A DNA stretch of 40,722 nucleotides from an uncultured Acidimicrobiaceae bacterium (GTDB lineage: Bacteria > Actinomycetota > Acidimicrobiia > Acidimicrobiales > Bog-793), in the NCBI GenBank assembly GCA_964485645.1, contig CAZAMA010000001.1:9512-50233 (forward strand). Direction: 5' to 3'. The notes below the pieces were generated by a model. It did not search any database. It was given only the letters and a program-made list of their open reading frames with translations, and had not been told where the DNA came from. Position 1 is the stretch's first letter, and each line of letters opens with the position of its first letter. Of this stretch, positions 1-11,788 are shown one piece after another. The translations under genes were made by a program, and so were the position numbers.

Positions 1-1
1 C

Positions 2-1411
2 GATTTCGCCTACGCACTGATAGTCGTAGGCTTTTGCGCGAAGCTTGGCATCGTCCCGCTCCAGGCATGGATACCGGTCGGATATCCCGCCGCGCCCGGG
101 CCGATCCGGGCGGCAATGGCAGGCATAGCTGCCAACGTCGGCGTCTATGGCCTCTGGAGGTTTCTCTCGATCCTGGGCCGCCCACCGGCGTGGCTGGTCA
201 TAGCCGTGCTCCTTCTCGGCGGCGTCACGGCTCTGCTCGGCATTGCTTTCGCAGGGGTACAGACCCGGCTTTCCCGTGTGGTGGCCTATTCGAGTGTCGA
301 GAACGCCGGGATCATCGTCACGGCCTTCGGTGTTGCGCTGGCGGGCGCGGCCACGGGCGAGCCTCTCCTCGAAGCCGCCGGACTCCTTGCGGCCTCGCTG
401 CAAGTTGTCGCGCATGCGGTTGCAAAGGCGGGGCTCTTCTGCGCGGCCGCGAACGTCGAGCAGGCCTGCGGCACCGACGACCTCGAGCAGCTGCGTGGAG
501 TCGGACGCTCGCTCCCAATCTCTGGTGCGGCTTTCGCCGCGGGGGCACTCACGCTTGCGGGTCTTCCTCCGACCATCGGGTTCGTATCGGAGTGGTTCGT
601 CCTCGAGGCGCTCATGCAAGAGTTTCGCCTGCCGGGACTCGCTATCCGCCTCGGAATGGCAGGAGCAGGTGCTCTCGTCGCGCTCACCTCGGGCCTGGCC
701 GCTCTCGCGTTCGTACGCATCCTCGGCCTCGTGTTTCTCGGGCCGAAGCTCGCCACGGCTGCGCGGGGACCCGATACCGGATTGCTCGGGCGCGCCGGGC
801 TCGTTGCCCTCGGGCTCAGCTGCTTTTGGATCGCAGCGGTGACTCCGCTCGAAATTCGCGTCCTCGCGCTCGGTCTCTCTCCTGTCGTCGCCAAGACTCT
901 CGTCGAGCAGGCCCTCAGGTCGCCGTGGGTCCTGCAGCCAAGTTACCCGGGGTTCTCGATCCTCTCTCCTTCGTGGCTCTATGTAGCCATGCCGGTGGCT
1001 TTCCTCGCGGTCGCGGCCGGCGCTGTCGCCCTGTCCGGCGGGCGGTACTTCAAGGTCCGCCGGGAACCGGCCTGGCACTCGGCCACCTCGGGCGTACAAG
1101 GCCCGTCGAGCTACAGCGCATTCGGGTTCGCCAACCCACTGCGTCACGTTCTCGCGAACGTGCTCGGCACGCGCCGCGAGGAAAGACCCCTCGATCCGGG
1201 CGTCGACGCGATCCGCGGCCGAGGGCAGGTGGAGTACACGACCCGGGTAGTGGAACCGGTCGAGACCTACCTTTACCGACCCCTTCGCTCCGCCATGCTC
1301 AGCATCGCGAGACGCGCGAAGGCGCTGCAGTCGGGACGCCTCGAGGCCTACGTCGCGTACATGCTGTTCGCGCTCATCGTTGCCCTCGCTGTCAGCGCGG
1401 CGCTGCATTGA
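2..1411 (+). CDS. Proton-conducting membrane transporter subunit (HyfB/NuoL/MrpA-like; hydrogenase-4/formate-hydrogenlyase type), 5'-partial
   Basis: Frame is open from base 2 (DFAYALIVVGFCAKLGIVPLQAWIPVGYPAAPGP), upstream of the listed ATG at 116. Antiporter-like motifs: KLGIVPLQAW, VAYSSVENAG, HAVAKAGLF, AGLPPTIGFVSEW. Highly hydrophobic. Confidence 0.85.
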   Translation, partial: DFAYALIVVGFCAKLGIVPLQAWIPVGYPAAPGPIRAAMAGIAANVGVYGLWRFLSILGRPPAWLVIAVLLLGGVTALLGIAFAGVQTRLSRVVAYSSVENAGIIVTAFGVALAGAATGEPLLEAAGLLAASLQVVAHAVAKAGLFCAAANVEQACGTDDLEQLRGVGRSLPISGAAFAAGALTLAGLPPTIGFVSEWFVLEALMQEFRLPGLAIRLGMAGAGALVALTSGLAALAFVRILGLVFLGPKLATAARGPDTGLLGRAGLVALGLSCFWIAAVTPLEIRVLALGLSPVVAKTLVEQALRSPWVLQPSYPGFSILSPSWLYVAMPVAFLAVAAGAVALSGGRYFKVRREPAWHSATSGVQGPSSYSAFGFANPLRHVLANVLGTRREERPLDPGVDAIRGRGQVEYTTRVVEPVETYLYRPLRSAMLSIARRAKALQSGRLEAYVAYMLFALIVALAVSAALH

Positions 1412-1482
1412 ACCGAGGTAGTGCAGGTCCGGCCGGTGGTTACCCAAGGTCCGGGGCGTGGTCGAGCAAAGGGGGTTGAGCA

Positions 1483-1687
1483 ATGGCAGCGAGCGGACGG
1501 TTCAAGCACCCGGGACCCAGCTGGCGCCATCGCCCACCATGCCAGCGAACATGGCTTCGACCTCGTCGTGATCGGATCCCAGGGGCGCGAGCGCGCGAGT
1601 CATGGAGGCCTCGGGCGAGTCGTCGAGCGACTCCTCAAAGATTCTCACTGCCCGGTCCTCGTCGCAGCAGAGTCTCGGGGCGGTTAG
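1483..1687 (+). pseudogene. Universal stress protein (Usp) remnant with internal deletion and frameshift
   Basis: Purine-rich SD (aaaggggg) then ATG 1483 gives MAASGRFKH, a Usp-like start. At about 1510 the similarity continues in another frame as the Usp C-terminal half (DPAGAIAHHASEHGFDLVVIGSQGR...GGLGRVVERLLKDSHCPVLVA). The central part is missing. Confidence 0.6.
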
Positions 1688-1715
1688 AGCCCCACACCAC
1701 CGAGACCGAAGGCGC

Positions 1716-1729
1716 GCGACAGAAGGCCC
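1716..1729 (+). promoter_or_regulatory. DosR/DevR-like box (GCGAC-AGAA-GGCCC) upstream of the ygfM/xdhD-like pair
   Basis: Fits GnGnC-N4-GnCnC. A -10-like TAACTT lies at 1754-1759, starting 31.5 nt from the box centre. Confidence 0.4.
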
Positions 1730-1783
1730 ATGATCTACAGCCCGCCCTTTCCTTAACTTCTGTGCGGTGGGAGCATTGCTCAT

Positions 1784-2509
1784 ATGGCCAGAGTTCTCGC
1801 GTACCATCGGCCCGGCACCATCGACGATGCGCTGGAGCTCCTGCAGCGCCCGGGCGCGGTACCGCTCGGCGGCGGGACGCAAGTGAATTCTCCGCCGGGC
1901 TCCTCCCCGATCGAGGTAGTCGACTTGCAGGGCCTGGCTCTCGACCGGATTCTGCCGTTGCGCGGGGAGCGGCTGGCCATTGGCTCCGGTGTCACCCTCC
2001 AGGCACTTTCCTTGAGCCAAGATGCACCGCCGGTCGTGAGAGAGGCCGCTCGCCGGGAGCTCCCGAGCACGCTTCGGGCCATGGCGACAGTAGCTGGCAC
2101 ACTCGTGACCGCCGAGGCAGAAAGTGAGCTCCTTGCAGCTCTGCTGGCATTCCAAGCCACCGTTGACTTTGTCGGGCCGACTGGCTCGACCACGATCGAC
2201 CTGACGGAGCTGCTGGCCGATCCTGCCGCGCGCAAGGGCAGCTTGATCACCACTGTCACCATCGAGACGAGCGGGGTCGCCCGAGCCGAGCGCGCAGGAC
2301 GGACGCCGGCCGATCGCCCCATCGTCGCCGCGGTCGCGCGTCGCGCGGAGGGGCGTCTCCGTCTCGCCTTAAGCGGCGTCGCATCAACACCAAGGCTGGT
2401 CGCCGACGTCGAGGCGCTCGACCCGCCAGGGGATTTTCGCGGCTCGTCAGAGTACCGAAAAGCGCTCGCGAAGGTGCTCGCCTCGCGTGCGAGGCAAGGG
2501 ACCGAGTGA
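1784..2509 (+). CDS. ygfM: Molybdo-hydroxylase FAD-binding subunit, YgfM-like
   Basis: YHRPGTIDDALELL, LGGGTQVN, ESELLAALLA and DFRGSSEYRK motifs. Short (241 aa) like YgfM. Stop overlaps the next start (GTGA). Confidence 0.8.
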   Translation: MARVLAYHRPGTIDDALELLQRPGAVPLGGGTQVNSPPGSSPIEVVDLQGLALDRILPLRGERLAIGSGVTLQALSLSQDAPPVVREAARRELPSTLRAMATVAGTLVTAEAESELLAALLAFQATVDFVGPTGSTTIDLTELLADPAARKGSLITTVTIETSGVARAERAGRTPADRPIVAAVARRAEGRLRLALSGVASTPRLVADVEALDPPGDFRGSSEYRKALAKVLASRARQGTE

Positions 2510-5442
2510 TGGAGATCGAACTGACGCTCAACGGCAAGCAGCGCCGTCTCGCCTGCGCGCCGGGAGACAGCCTCCTTGTGGTTCTCAGACGCGAGGGTTG
2601 TTACAGCGTCCGCTTTGGATCCGAGACCGGCGAGACCGGTGCCGGTGCTGTTCTCCTCGACGGCCGCCTCATCTCGGCCGAGGTGATGCTCGCCGCCCAG
2701 GCCAGCGGCCATACCGTCACGACGGTCGAGAGCCTCGACGAACGCACGGGAGAGCTTCATCCCATCCAGGAGGCGTTCCTTGAGGCCGGTGCACTGCAGT
2801 CCGGCTACTCGGCCGGGGCGATGGTGCTTGCCACCATGGCGCTGCTGGAGCGCACCTCGGACCCGAGCGAGTCAGAGATTCGAGACGCCCTTGGGGGCAT
2901 ATTGGACCGCGAGACCGGGTACACAAAGGTTTTCGAGGCGGTTCGACGCTCGGGTGCCCTGCTTCGCGGCGAGAAGCCCGAGCCGATGCAACCGGTAATC
3001 GTCGAGCACCTGACCGACGCGACTGGCGCCATGATCGGCCCCGAGCGCACCGAGCCCGTAGAGGCATCTTTGGCCCGACCGCGAGTCGTGCTCTCGGCGG
3101 CGGTCCCGCCGACGGCCGTCGTAGGACAGAGCGACCGCAAGGTCGACGGGCTCAGGCTCGCGAAGGGTCACCCGGCCTTCACCGACGACGTGGCGATGCG
3201 TGATCTGCTGTATGCAAAAGTGCTCCGCAGCCCGCACGCGCATGCACGAATCGTGAGCATCGACGACAGCGCGGCCCGCGCGCTCCCCGGTGTCCATGCG
3301 CTGATCCACTATGGCAACACGCCCCGCGTCAAGTACGCGTCGGGAGGTCAGAGCTGGCCGAACCCCTACCCCTGGGACCAGGTCAGCTTCGACGACAAGG
3401 TGCGTCATGTGGGAGACCGGGTGGCTGCCGTCGCCGCCGAGAGCCTCGAGACAGCCGAGGAGGCGTGTCGCCTCATCAAAGTCAGCTATGACGTGCTCCC
3501 AGCCGTCTTCGACGAGGTGCAGGCCCTCGGGACTGGCGCTCCCCAGATCCATGACGAGTCCGACTCGCCTGGCATCTACGACGCCAGCCGCAACGTGAGC
3601 AACCACATAGAGGGAGCCACGGTGAAAGACATCGAGGAGGCGCTCGGCCGCGCCGACCACGTGTTCGAGCAGACCTTCCATACCCAGCAGATGCAGCACT
3701 GTCCCATCGAACCGCACATCGCCATCGGATGGCTGGACGAGGACGACCGACTGGTGCTCAGGTCGTCGACCCAGGTGCCGTTCCACACGCGGCGGATGCT
3801 GGCACCCCTGCTCGGCCTGACGGTGAAACAGATCAGGGTGATAAAGCCGCGCATCGGCGGGGGTTTCGGCGCCAAACAGGAGATGCTCATCGAGGACATC
3901 GTCGGTCATCTCGTGCTGGCAACGCGAAGGCCCGTCCGCCTCGAGCTCACTCGCGAGGAGGAGTTCGTCTCCTCGCGTACGCGCCACGCGCAGACGATCA
4001 CGCTTCGTACCGGAGTGAGCAGTGACGGCAAGCTGGTCGCCCAAGACATGCGTGTAGTCGGCAACACCGGTCCTTACGGCGTGCACGGCTTCACCGTCCT
4101 ATCGGTCACAGGGCTGCGCGGCCTTTCTTCCTACAACTGCCCAGCCAAGGCCTACTCGTGCGACGTCGCCTACACGAACCGCCCCGTGGCAGGCGCCTTT
4201 CGCGGCTACGGCGGTCCTCAGGCCCTGTTCGCGCTCGAGAGCCACCTCGACGACATCGCGCGATCTCTTGGCATGGATCCGATCGAACTGCGCCGCAAGA
4301 ACTGGGTCGAAGTCGGCGACTCGCTGGACATCGCGCCAAGGCTGAGCGAGCGAGGCGGCGTCGTCGACGTCGCCGCCGAGGACATTCCCAAGGTGACGAG
4401 CTGCGGCACCGCCGAGTGCGTCGCGCAGGCTCTAGGCTCCATCGGCTGGCACAGACGCGACGACCCCGCCTGGAAGCACCCGAGTGACAGACCACACATC
4501 CGCCGGGGGATCGGCTTCGCCCTCTGCATGCACGGCACAGCGATTTCCCATGTCGACATGGGATCGTGCTCGATCAAGATGAACGACGACGCTTCGTTCA
4601 ACATGCTCTTTGGCGCCACGGATCTCGGTACCGGCACCGACACGGTGCTGGCACAGATAGCCGCCGAGGTGCTCGGCGTCGGAAGCGGGGACATAATCGT
4701 CTATGCGGCCGACACCGACCTCACTCCATTCGACGTCGGCGCTTATGCTTCAAGCACCACCTATGTGTCCGGGATGGCGGCAAAGAAGGCGGCCGAGGCG
4801 GCCCGAGCGATGATCGTTGCCCGCGCCGCCGAGATGCTCGGGATCGAGTCCCCAGCAGGGATCGAGCTTCATGACCGCCGCGCTCTTGCGCCCGACGGCA
4901 GGTCGGTCTCCCTCGAACAGATCGCTCTCGACTCTCTGCATACTCGCGACCAGCACCAGATAATCGGCACCGCTTCCCAGATGGCGCCCGACTCGCCCAA
5001 CGCCTTTGCTGCCCAGCTGGTCGAGGTCGAGGTCGACGTCGATACCGGTCAGGTCTACGTGCAAAAGATCGTGACCGCGGTCGATTGCGGCGTGCCGATC
5101 AACCCGATCACGGCGAGTGGCCAAGTCGAGGGGGGTATGTTGCAGGCGCTCGGCTACGCGCTCACCGAGGAGACCGCGATCGACGCCGAGGGTAAGCCGC
5201 TCAATGCTCGCTTTGGCCCGTACTGGATCTACCGCGCCGACGACGCCCCGCCAAGTGAAGTGTTCCTGGTGCAGACCTTCGAGCCATCTGGTCCATTTGG
5301 AGCAAAAGCAGTCGGAGAGATCGTGATCGACGGCATCGCGGCTGCGGTGCGAAATGCGATCCTGGACGCCACCGGCGTCGCCCTCACATCACTGCCACTG
5401 ACACCCGAGCGGGTATGGAGGGCCCTGCAGACCGCATCCTGA
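2506..5442 (+). CDS. xdhD: Fused (degenerate 2Fe-2S)-molybdopterin oxidoreductase, XdhD/YgfN-like
   Basis: N-terminal Fe-S-like domain whose ligand Cys are replaced (GSETGETGAGAV, QSGYS, LDRETGY). Mo-domain motifs LRSPHAHARI, GGGFGAKQE, FRGYGGPQ, GQVEGG and GAKAVGE (catalytic Glu). Architecture matches my recollection of E. coli XdhD. Confidence 0.85.
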   Translation: MMEIELTLNGKQRRLACAPGDSLLVVLRREGCYSVRFGSETGETGAGAVLLDGRLISAEVMLAAQASGHTVTTVESLDERTGELHPIQEAFLEAGALQSGYSAGAMVLATMALLERTSDPSESEIRDALGGILDRETGYTKVFEAVRRSGALLRGEKPEPMQPVIVEHLTDATGAMIGPERTEPVEASLARPRVVLSAAVPPTAVVGQSDRKVDGLRLAKGHPAFTDDVAMRDLLYAKVLRSPHAHARIVSIDDSAARALPGVHALIHYGNTPRVKYASGGQSWPNPYPWDQVSFDDKVRHVGDRVAAVAAESLETAEEACRLIKVSYDVLPAVFDEVQALGTGAPQIHDESDSPGIYDASRNVSNHIEGATVKDIEEALGRADHVFEQTFHTQQMQHCPIEPHIAIGWLDEDDRLVLRSSTQVPFHTRRMLAPLLGLTVKQIRVIKPRIGGGFGAKQEMLIEDIVGHLVLATRRPVRLELTREEEFVSSRTRHAQTITLRTGVSSDGKLVAQDMRVVGNTGPYGVHGFTVLSVTGLRGLSSYNCPAKAYSCDVAYTNRPVAGAFRGYGGPQALFALESHLDDIARSLGMDPIELRRKNWVEVGDSLDIAPRLSERGGVVDVAAEDIPKVTSCGTAECVAQALGSIGWHRRDDPAWKHPSDRPHIRRGIGFALCMHGTAISHVDMGSCSIKMNDDASFNMLFGATDLGTGTDTVLAQIAAEVLGVGSGDIIVYAADTDLTPFDVGAYASSTTYVSGMAAKKAAEAARAMIVARAAEMLGIESPAGIELHDRRALAPDGRSVSLEQIALDSLHTRDQHQIIGTASQMAPDSPNAFAAQLVEVEVDVDTGQVYVQKIVTAVDCGVPINPITASGQVEGGMLQALGYALTEETAIDAEGKPLNARFGPYWIYRADDAPPSEVFLVQTFEPSGPFGAKAVGEIVIDGIAAAVRNAILDATGVALTSLPLTPERVWRALQTAS

Positions 5443-5449
5443 GGCTCGG

Positions 5450-5848
5450 TCAGCTGCCGGACCCGCTGCCGGCTCCACTGCCGGCTCCACTGCCGGCGGG
5501 AGCATCGCGGAGCTGGGCGAACTCGTTGAACGCGGCCCACGCGCGGGGCCCGTAGACGGTGGCAGGACCCCCGTTCATCAATATCGCGACCGAGATCGCC
5601 TCGGCCACCTGTGCTGTGGTCGCGCCCTTGCGGGCCGCCCCGCGCGCGTGCGAGGCGATACAGCCGTCGCACTCCTTGGAGACCGCGATCACGAGGGCCA
5701 TGAGCTCCTTCACGTAGCCTGGCAGCTCTCCATCAGCCAGAGCCGCGTGATGAAGCGCCGCGAAACCCGCCCACGCCTCAGGTGCGGCCTCGCGCAGCGA
5801 GCGCGCCGGCCCCCGCAAAGCATCGAGCACCTCTTGTGCCTCACCCAT
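5450..5848 (-). CDS. AhpD/carboxymuconolactone decarboxylase family protein
   Basis: KELMALVIAVSKECDGCIASH (CxxC...H), EAISVAILMNGGP. AGGAGG SD upstream. Confidence 0.85.
   Translation of the reverse strand: MGEAQEVLDALRGPARSLREAAPEAWAGFAALHHAALADGELPGYVKELMALVIAVSKECDGCIASHARGAARKGATTAQVAEAISVAILMNGGPATVYGPRAWAAFNEFAQLRDAPAGSGAGSGAGSGSGS
5454..5497. repeat. 12-bp tandem repeat (ctgccggctcca, about 3.6 copies, first copy degenerate) encoding a Gly/Ser/Ala tail
   Basis: ctgccggacccg ctgccggctcca ctgccggctcca ctgccggc; translates on the minus strand as AGSGAGSGAGSGSGS. Confidence 0.8.
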
Positions 5849-6019
5849 CTTCCTCCTGCTTTCTCCGACCCCTAGGCACGACTCTCCAGTCAGTCTGTTC
5901 TACCGGCCGGGCTTGCCGCCTGACTGTCCTTGCCGGCCGGCGGACCAGACGGTGCCCGAGCTTGGCACAGTCACCGGCAGGATCTCCACCGGCGCCAAGG
6001 CGGGCACGGCATCGGCAAT

Positions 6020-6033
6020 GGGACCTTTGGCCC
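6020..6033 (+). promoter_or_regulatory. DosR/DevR-like box GGGAC-CTTT-GGCCC
   Basis: Close match to the actinobacterial DosR core GGGAC-N4-GNCCC. A -10-like TACAAC lies at 6057-6062, starting 30.5 nt from the centre. Intergenic, upstream of the 6139-14475 run. Confidence 0.6.
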
Positions 6034-6138
6034 TTGCAGGGGAGCGAGAGCACCGCTACAACCACATACAGGACGGACTTAGATCGCGGAGATGTTGAAA
6101 TCCATGGGTCAGCCAACGGGCCGTGAGACGACCGAGCA

Positions 6139-8793
6139 GTGAGAGGCTCCATCTTCGTCAACGGAGAGAGACGCGAGATCTCAGGCGACGACGAGATCTC
6201 CCTGCTCGAGGTGGTAAGGGGAGATCTTGGTCTGCTGGGTACGAAGTTCGCCTGCGGAGAGGGTGCCTGTGGTGCCTGCACGGTGCTGATCGGGCGCGAG
6301 CCTGTATCCGCGTGCCAGGTGCCCGCGGCGAGCGTGCTCGGGCGCCAGGTCACCACCGTCGAAGGCTTGGCCGAGGACGGTGTCCTTCATCCCGTCCAGC
6401 AGGCATTCCTGGATCTCGGTGCGTTGCAGTGCGGCTTCTGCACGGCCGGATGGGTCGTCGCGGCTGCCGCCCTCCTCGCAAGAGAGCAAGACCCGAGCGA
6501 TGCCCAGATAGTCAGCGCTCTGGACGGACATCTGTGTCGCTGCGGCACCTACTCGCGCGTCCTGCGCGCTGTGCGGCGAGCCGCCGAGGTCATGGCGACG
6601 CCTGAGGCATATCTGCGGGCAAGCAGCGTGGGGCACGAGAAGGGCCAAGCCCCGCCGAGCGACCCGAGCGCGTCGGTGACAGCTACGAGGGTTGCGCGCG
6701 GTGGCGACATCCAGCCTCTCGACCTTGCTCCGAGCCGGATGCGACCCTTCTTCGAGCATCTTGGCGAAGGGCTCGTCGTAGCAGTGGAAGCTCCTCGAGG
6801 CGCCGAACCCGAGGAGAGATGGACGACGGCTCGCACCGCGTGGCTCCACTTCGGCTCGGACGGAAAAGTCACCGCGTTCACAGGCAAGGTCGAGCTCGGA
6901 CAGGGCACGAGGACCGGCCTCAGCCTGCTCGTGGCCGAGTCTCTCGGCGTCCCGCTCTCCTCGGTGGAGCTCGTCATGGGCGACACCGACGTGTCTCCCT
7001 ACGACATGGGTACCTTCGGCAGCCGCTCTATGCCCGATGCCGCTCCCCACCTGCGCCGCGCCGCTGAAGCCGTTCGGGGCATACTCCTCGAGGCGGCGGC
7101 CGAACGCGTCGGCGCATGCGCGAGCGACCTCGAGCTCGCCGGTGGCGGCGTCGCCGATCAAAGTGGTGCCGTCAAGATCACCTACGCCGGCCTCCTTGGC
7201 GGCGTCAAGCGCGTCGAGACCGTCGACAACGACACACCACTTGCCCACGTGGGCAAGTGGGAGACCGCCGGGCGCGCGACGACGGCAGTCGGAGCAAACG
7301 ACGTCGTCACCGGGCGTCGTCGCTACCCTTCGGACCTCTCGCTGCCGGGAATGCTGTATGGATGCGTCCTGCGCCCTCCTGCATTCGGCGCCGTGCTCGA
7401 CAGCCTCGACACCGCAGGCGCAAGAGAGGTGTCAGGCGCGATCGTGGTGCACGACGGCGATTTCGTCGCGGTCTGTGCAGCCGATCACCGAGTTGCGCGC
7501 CGGGCACTTCGCGCCATCGGGGCGAGGTGGTCCCTTGCGGCCCAACCTGACCAGCGCGGGATCGAGCAGTATCTGCGCTCTCACCCGACAAGCGGCGACG
7601 GCTGGGAAGCGGCTCTTGAGCAGGAGAGCGGCGACGTGAGCGCGGCGCTTTGCCTTGATCCGGCTCGAACTCGGGCAACCTACACGACGGCCTATATCGC
7701 CCACCTGCCTCTCGAGCCGTGCGTGGCGATCGCGCAGTGGGAAGACGACCGCGTGACGGTTTGGACCGGGACACAGACGCCCTTTAGTGATCGCCGCCAG
7801 GTCGCCATCGGGCTCGGGGTGGACGAGGGCCGGGTACGGATCGTGGTACCTGACTTCGGAGGGGGTTTCGGCGGGCGTCAGCGCCTTTCCATCTCCCTCG
7901 AGGCCGCCCGACTCGCGAGAGCCGTCAACCGACCGGTGAAGGTTCAGTGGAGCCGGTGGGAGGAGCTCATGGCGAATCATTTCCGTCCCGCCGCAGTCAT
8001 CGACGTCGAGAGCGCCACCGACGCAACCGGGATGCTGAGTGCGTGGTCATTTACAAATATCAACTCCGGTGCCGCAGGCATTGCCACGCCGTATCGCGTG
8101 CCCAACCGGCACATCTCCTACGTCCCGGCCGCCTCACCTCTGCCCCAGGGGCCTTACCGTGCACTCGCCGCGACCGCCAACCACTTCGCCCGTGAGTCAC
8201 ACATGGACGAGGTCGCGCATCGGCTCGGTCTCGACCCACTTACGTGGCGCTTGGCACACATCGATGACGACCGGCTGGCTCACGTGCTCACGGTGGCGGC
8301 CGAGCGCATCGGATGGCAGGACACGACTTTGTCAGATGCGGGTGTCAGGGGTCGGGGCATTGCTTGCGGTAGCGAAAAGGGGGCCCGGATCGCCACCGCG
8401 GCAGAGGTCACGGTTGACGACGCAGGCCGGCTCGCGGTCACAAAGCTCGTATCTGTCTTCGACGGCGGCCGTATCGTCAACCCCGACAACCTCTCGAACC
8501 AGGTCGAGGGTGCTGCCTTGACGGGCCTCGGCGGCGCGCTCTTCGAGGTAGTCGAGTTCTCTGCGGGACGGATCGGGAATGCCTCGTTCTCGACTTACCG
8601 GCTCCCACGGCTGAGCGATCTGCCTAAGATCGAGGTCGTGCTGGTGGACCGCCAGGAGCTCGACCCGGCTGGCGGGGGCGAGACACCCATCGTCGCAGTC
8701 GCGCCGGCCGTCGCGAACGCCATCTTCGCCGCCACCGGCGTGCGGCTGCGCTCGCTGCCTCTTTGTCCCGACGGCATCGTGGTCCGATCCTGA
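6139..8793 (+). CDS. Fused 2Fe-2S plus IorB/nicotinate-dehydrogenase-type molybdopterin oxidoreductase
   Basis: Intact ACGEGACGACTV...SAC, QCGFC and LCRCG Fe-S motifs. Then IorB-type order: TGKVELGQGTRT, DMGTFGSRS, GGGFGG, YRALAATAN, NQVEGA, GGGETP. Confidence 0.85.
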   Translation: MRGSIFVNGERREISGDDEISLLEVVRGDLGLLGTKFACGEGACGACTVLIGREPVSACQVPAASVLGRQVTTVEGLAEDGVLHPVQQAFLDLGALQCGFCTAGWVVAAAALLAREQDPSDAQIVSALDGHLCRCGTYSRVLRAVRRAAEVMATPEAYLRASSVGHEKGQAPPSDPSASVTATRVARGGDIQPLDLAPSRMRPFFEHLGEGLVVAVEAPRGAEPEERWTTARTAWLHFGSDGKVTAFTGKVELGQGTRTGLSLLVAESLGVPLSSVELVMGDTDVSPYDMGTFGSRSMPDAAPHLRRAAEAVRGILLEAAAERVGACASDLELAGGGVADQSGAVKITYAGLLGGVKRVETVDNDTPLAHVGKWETAGRATTAVGANDVVTGRRRYPSDLSLPGMLYGCVLRPPAFGAVLDSLDTAGAREVSGAIVVHDGDFVAVCAADHRVARRALRAIGARWSLAAQPDQRGIEQYLRSHPTSGDGWEAALEQESGDVSAALCLDPARTRATYTTAYIAHLPLEPCVAIAQWEDDRVTVWTGTQTPFSDRRQVAIGLGVDEGRVRIVVPDFGGGFGGRQRLSISLEAARLARAVNRPVKVQWSRWEELMANHFRPAAVIDVESATDATGMLSAWSFTNINSGAAGIATPYRVPNRHISYVPAASPLPQGPYRALAATANHFARESHMDEVAHRLGLDPLTWRLAHIDDDRLAHVLTVAAERIGWQDTTLSDAGVRGRGIACGSEKGARIATAAEVTVDDAGRLAVTKLVSVFDGGRIVNPDNLSNQVEGAALTGLGGALFEVVEFSAGRIGNASFSTYRLPRLSDLPKIEVVLVDRQELDPAGGGETPIVAVAPAVANAIFAATGVRLRSLPLCPDGIVVRS

Positions 8794-8866
8794 TGCCCTT
8801 GAGAACGCTCCGCACGACAACAAGACTGCTCCGCGATTCCAACAGTGAGGACAGGAAGGACACGAG

Positions 8867-11742
<2,876 letters not shown>

Positions 11743-11788
11743 GCAGCTCGGCACTCGGGCGAGAGAGCACCTGAGGAGAGGAGCGACC

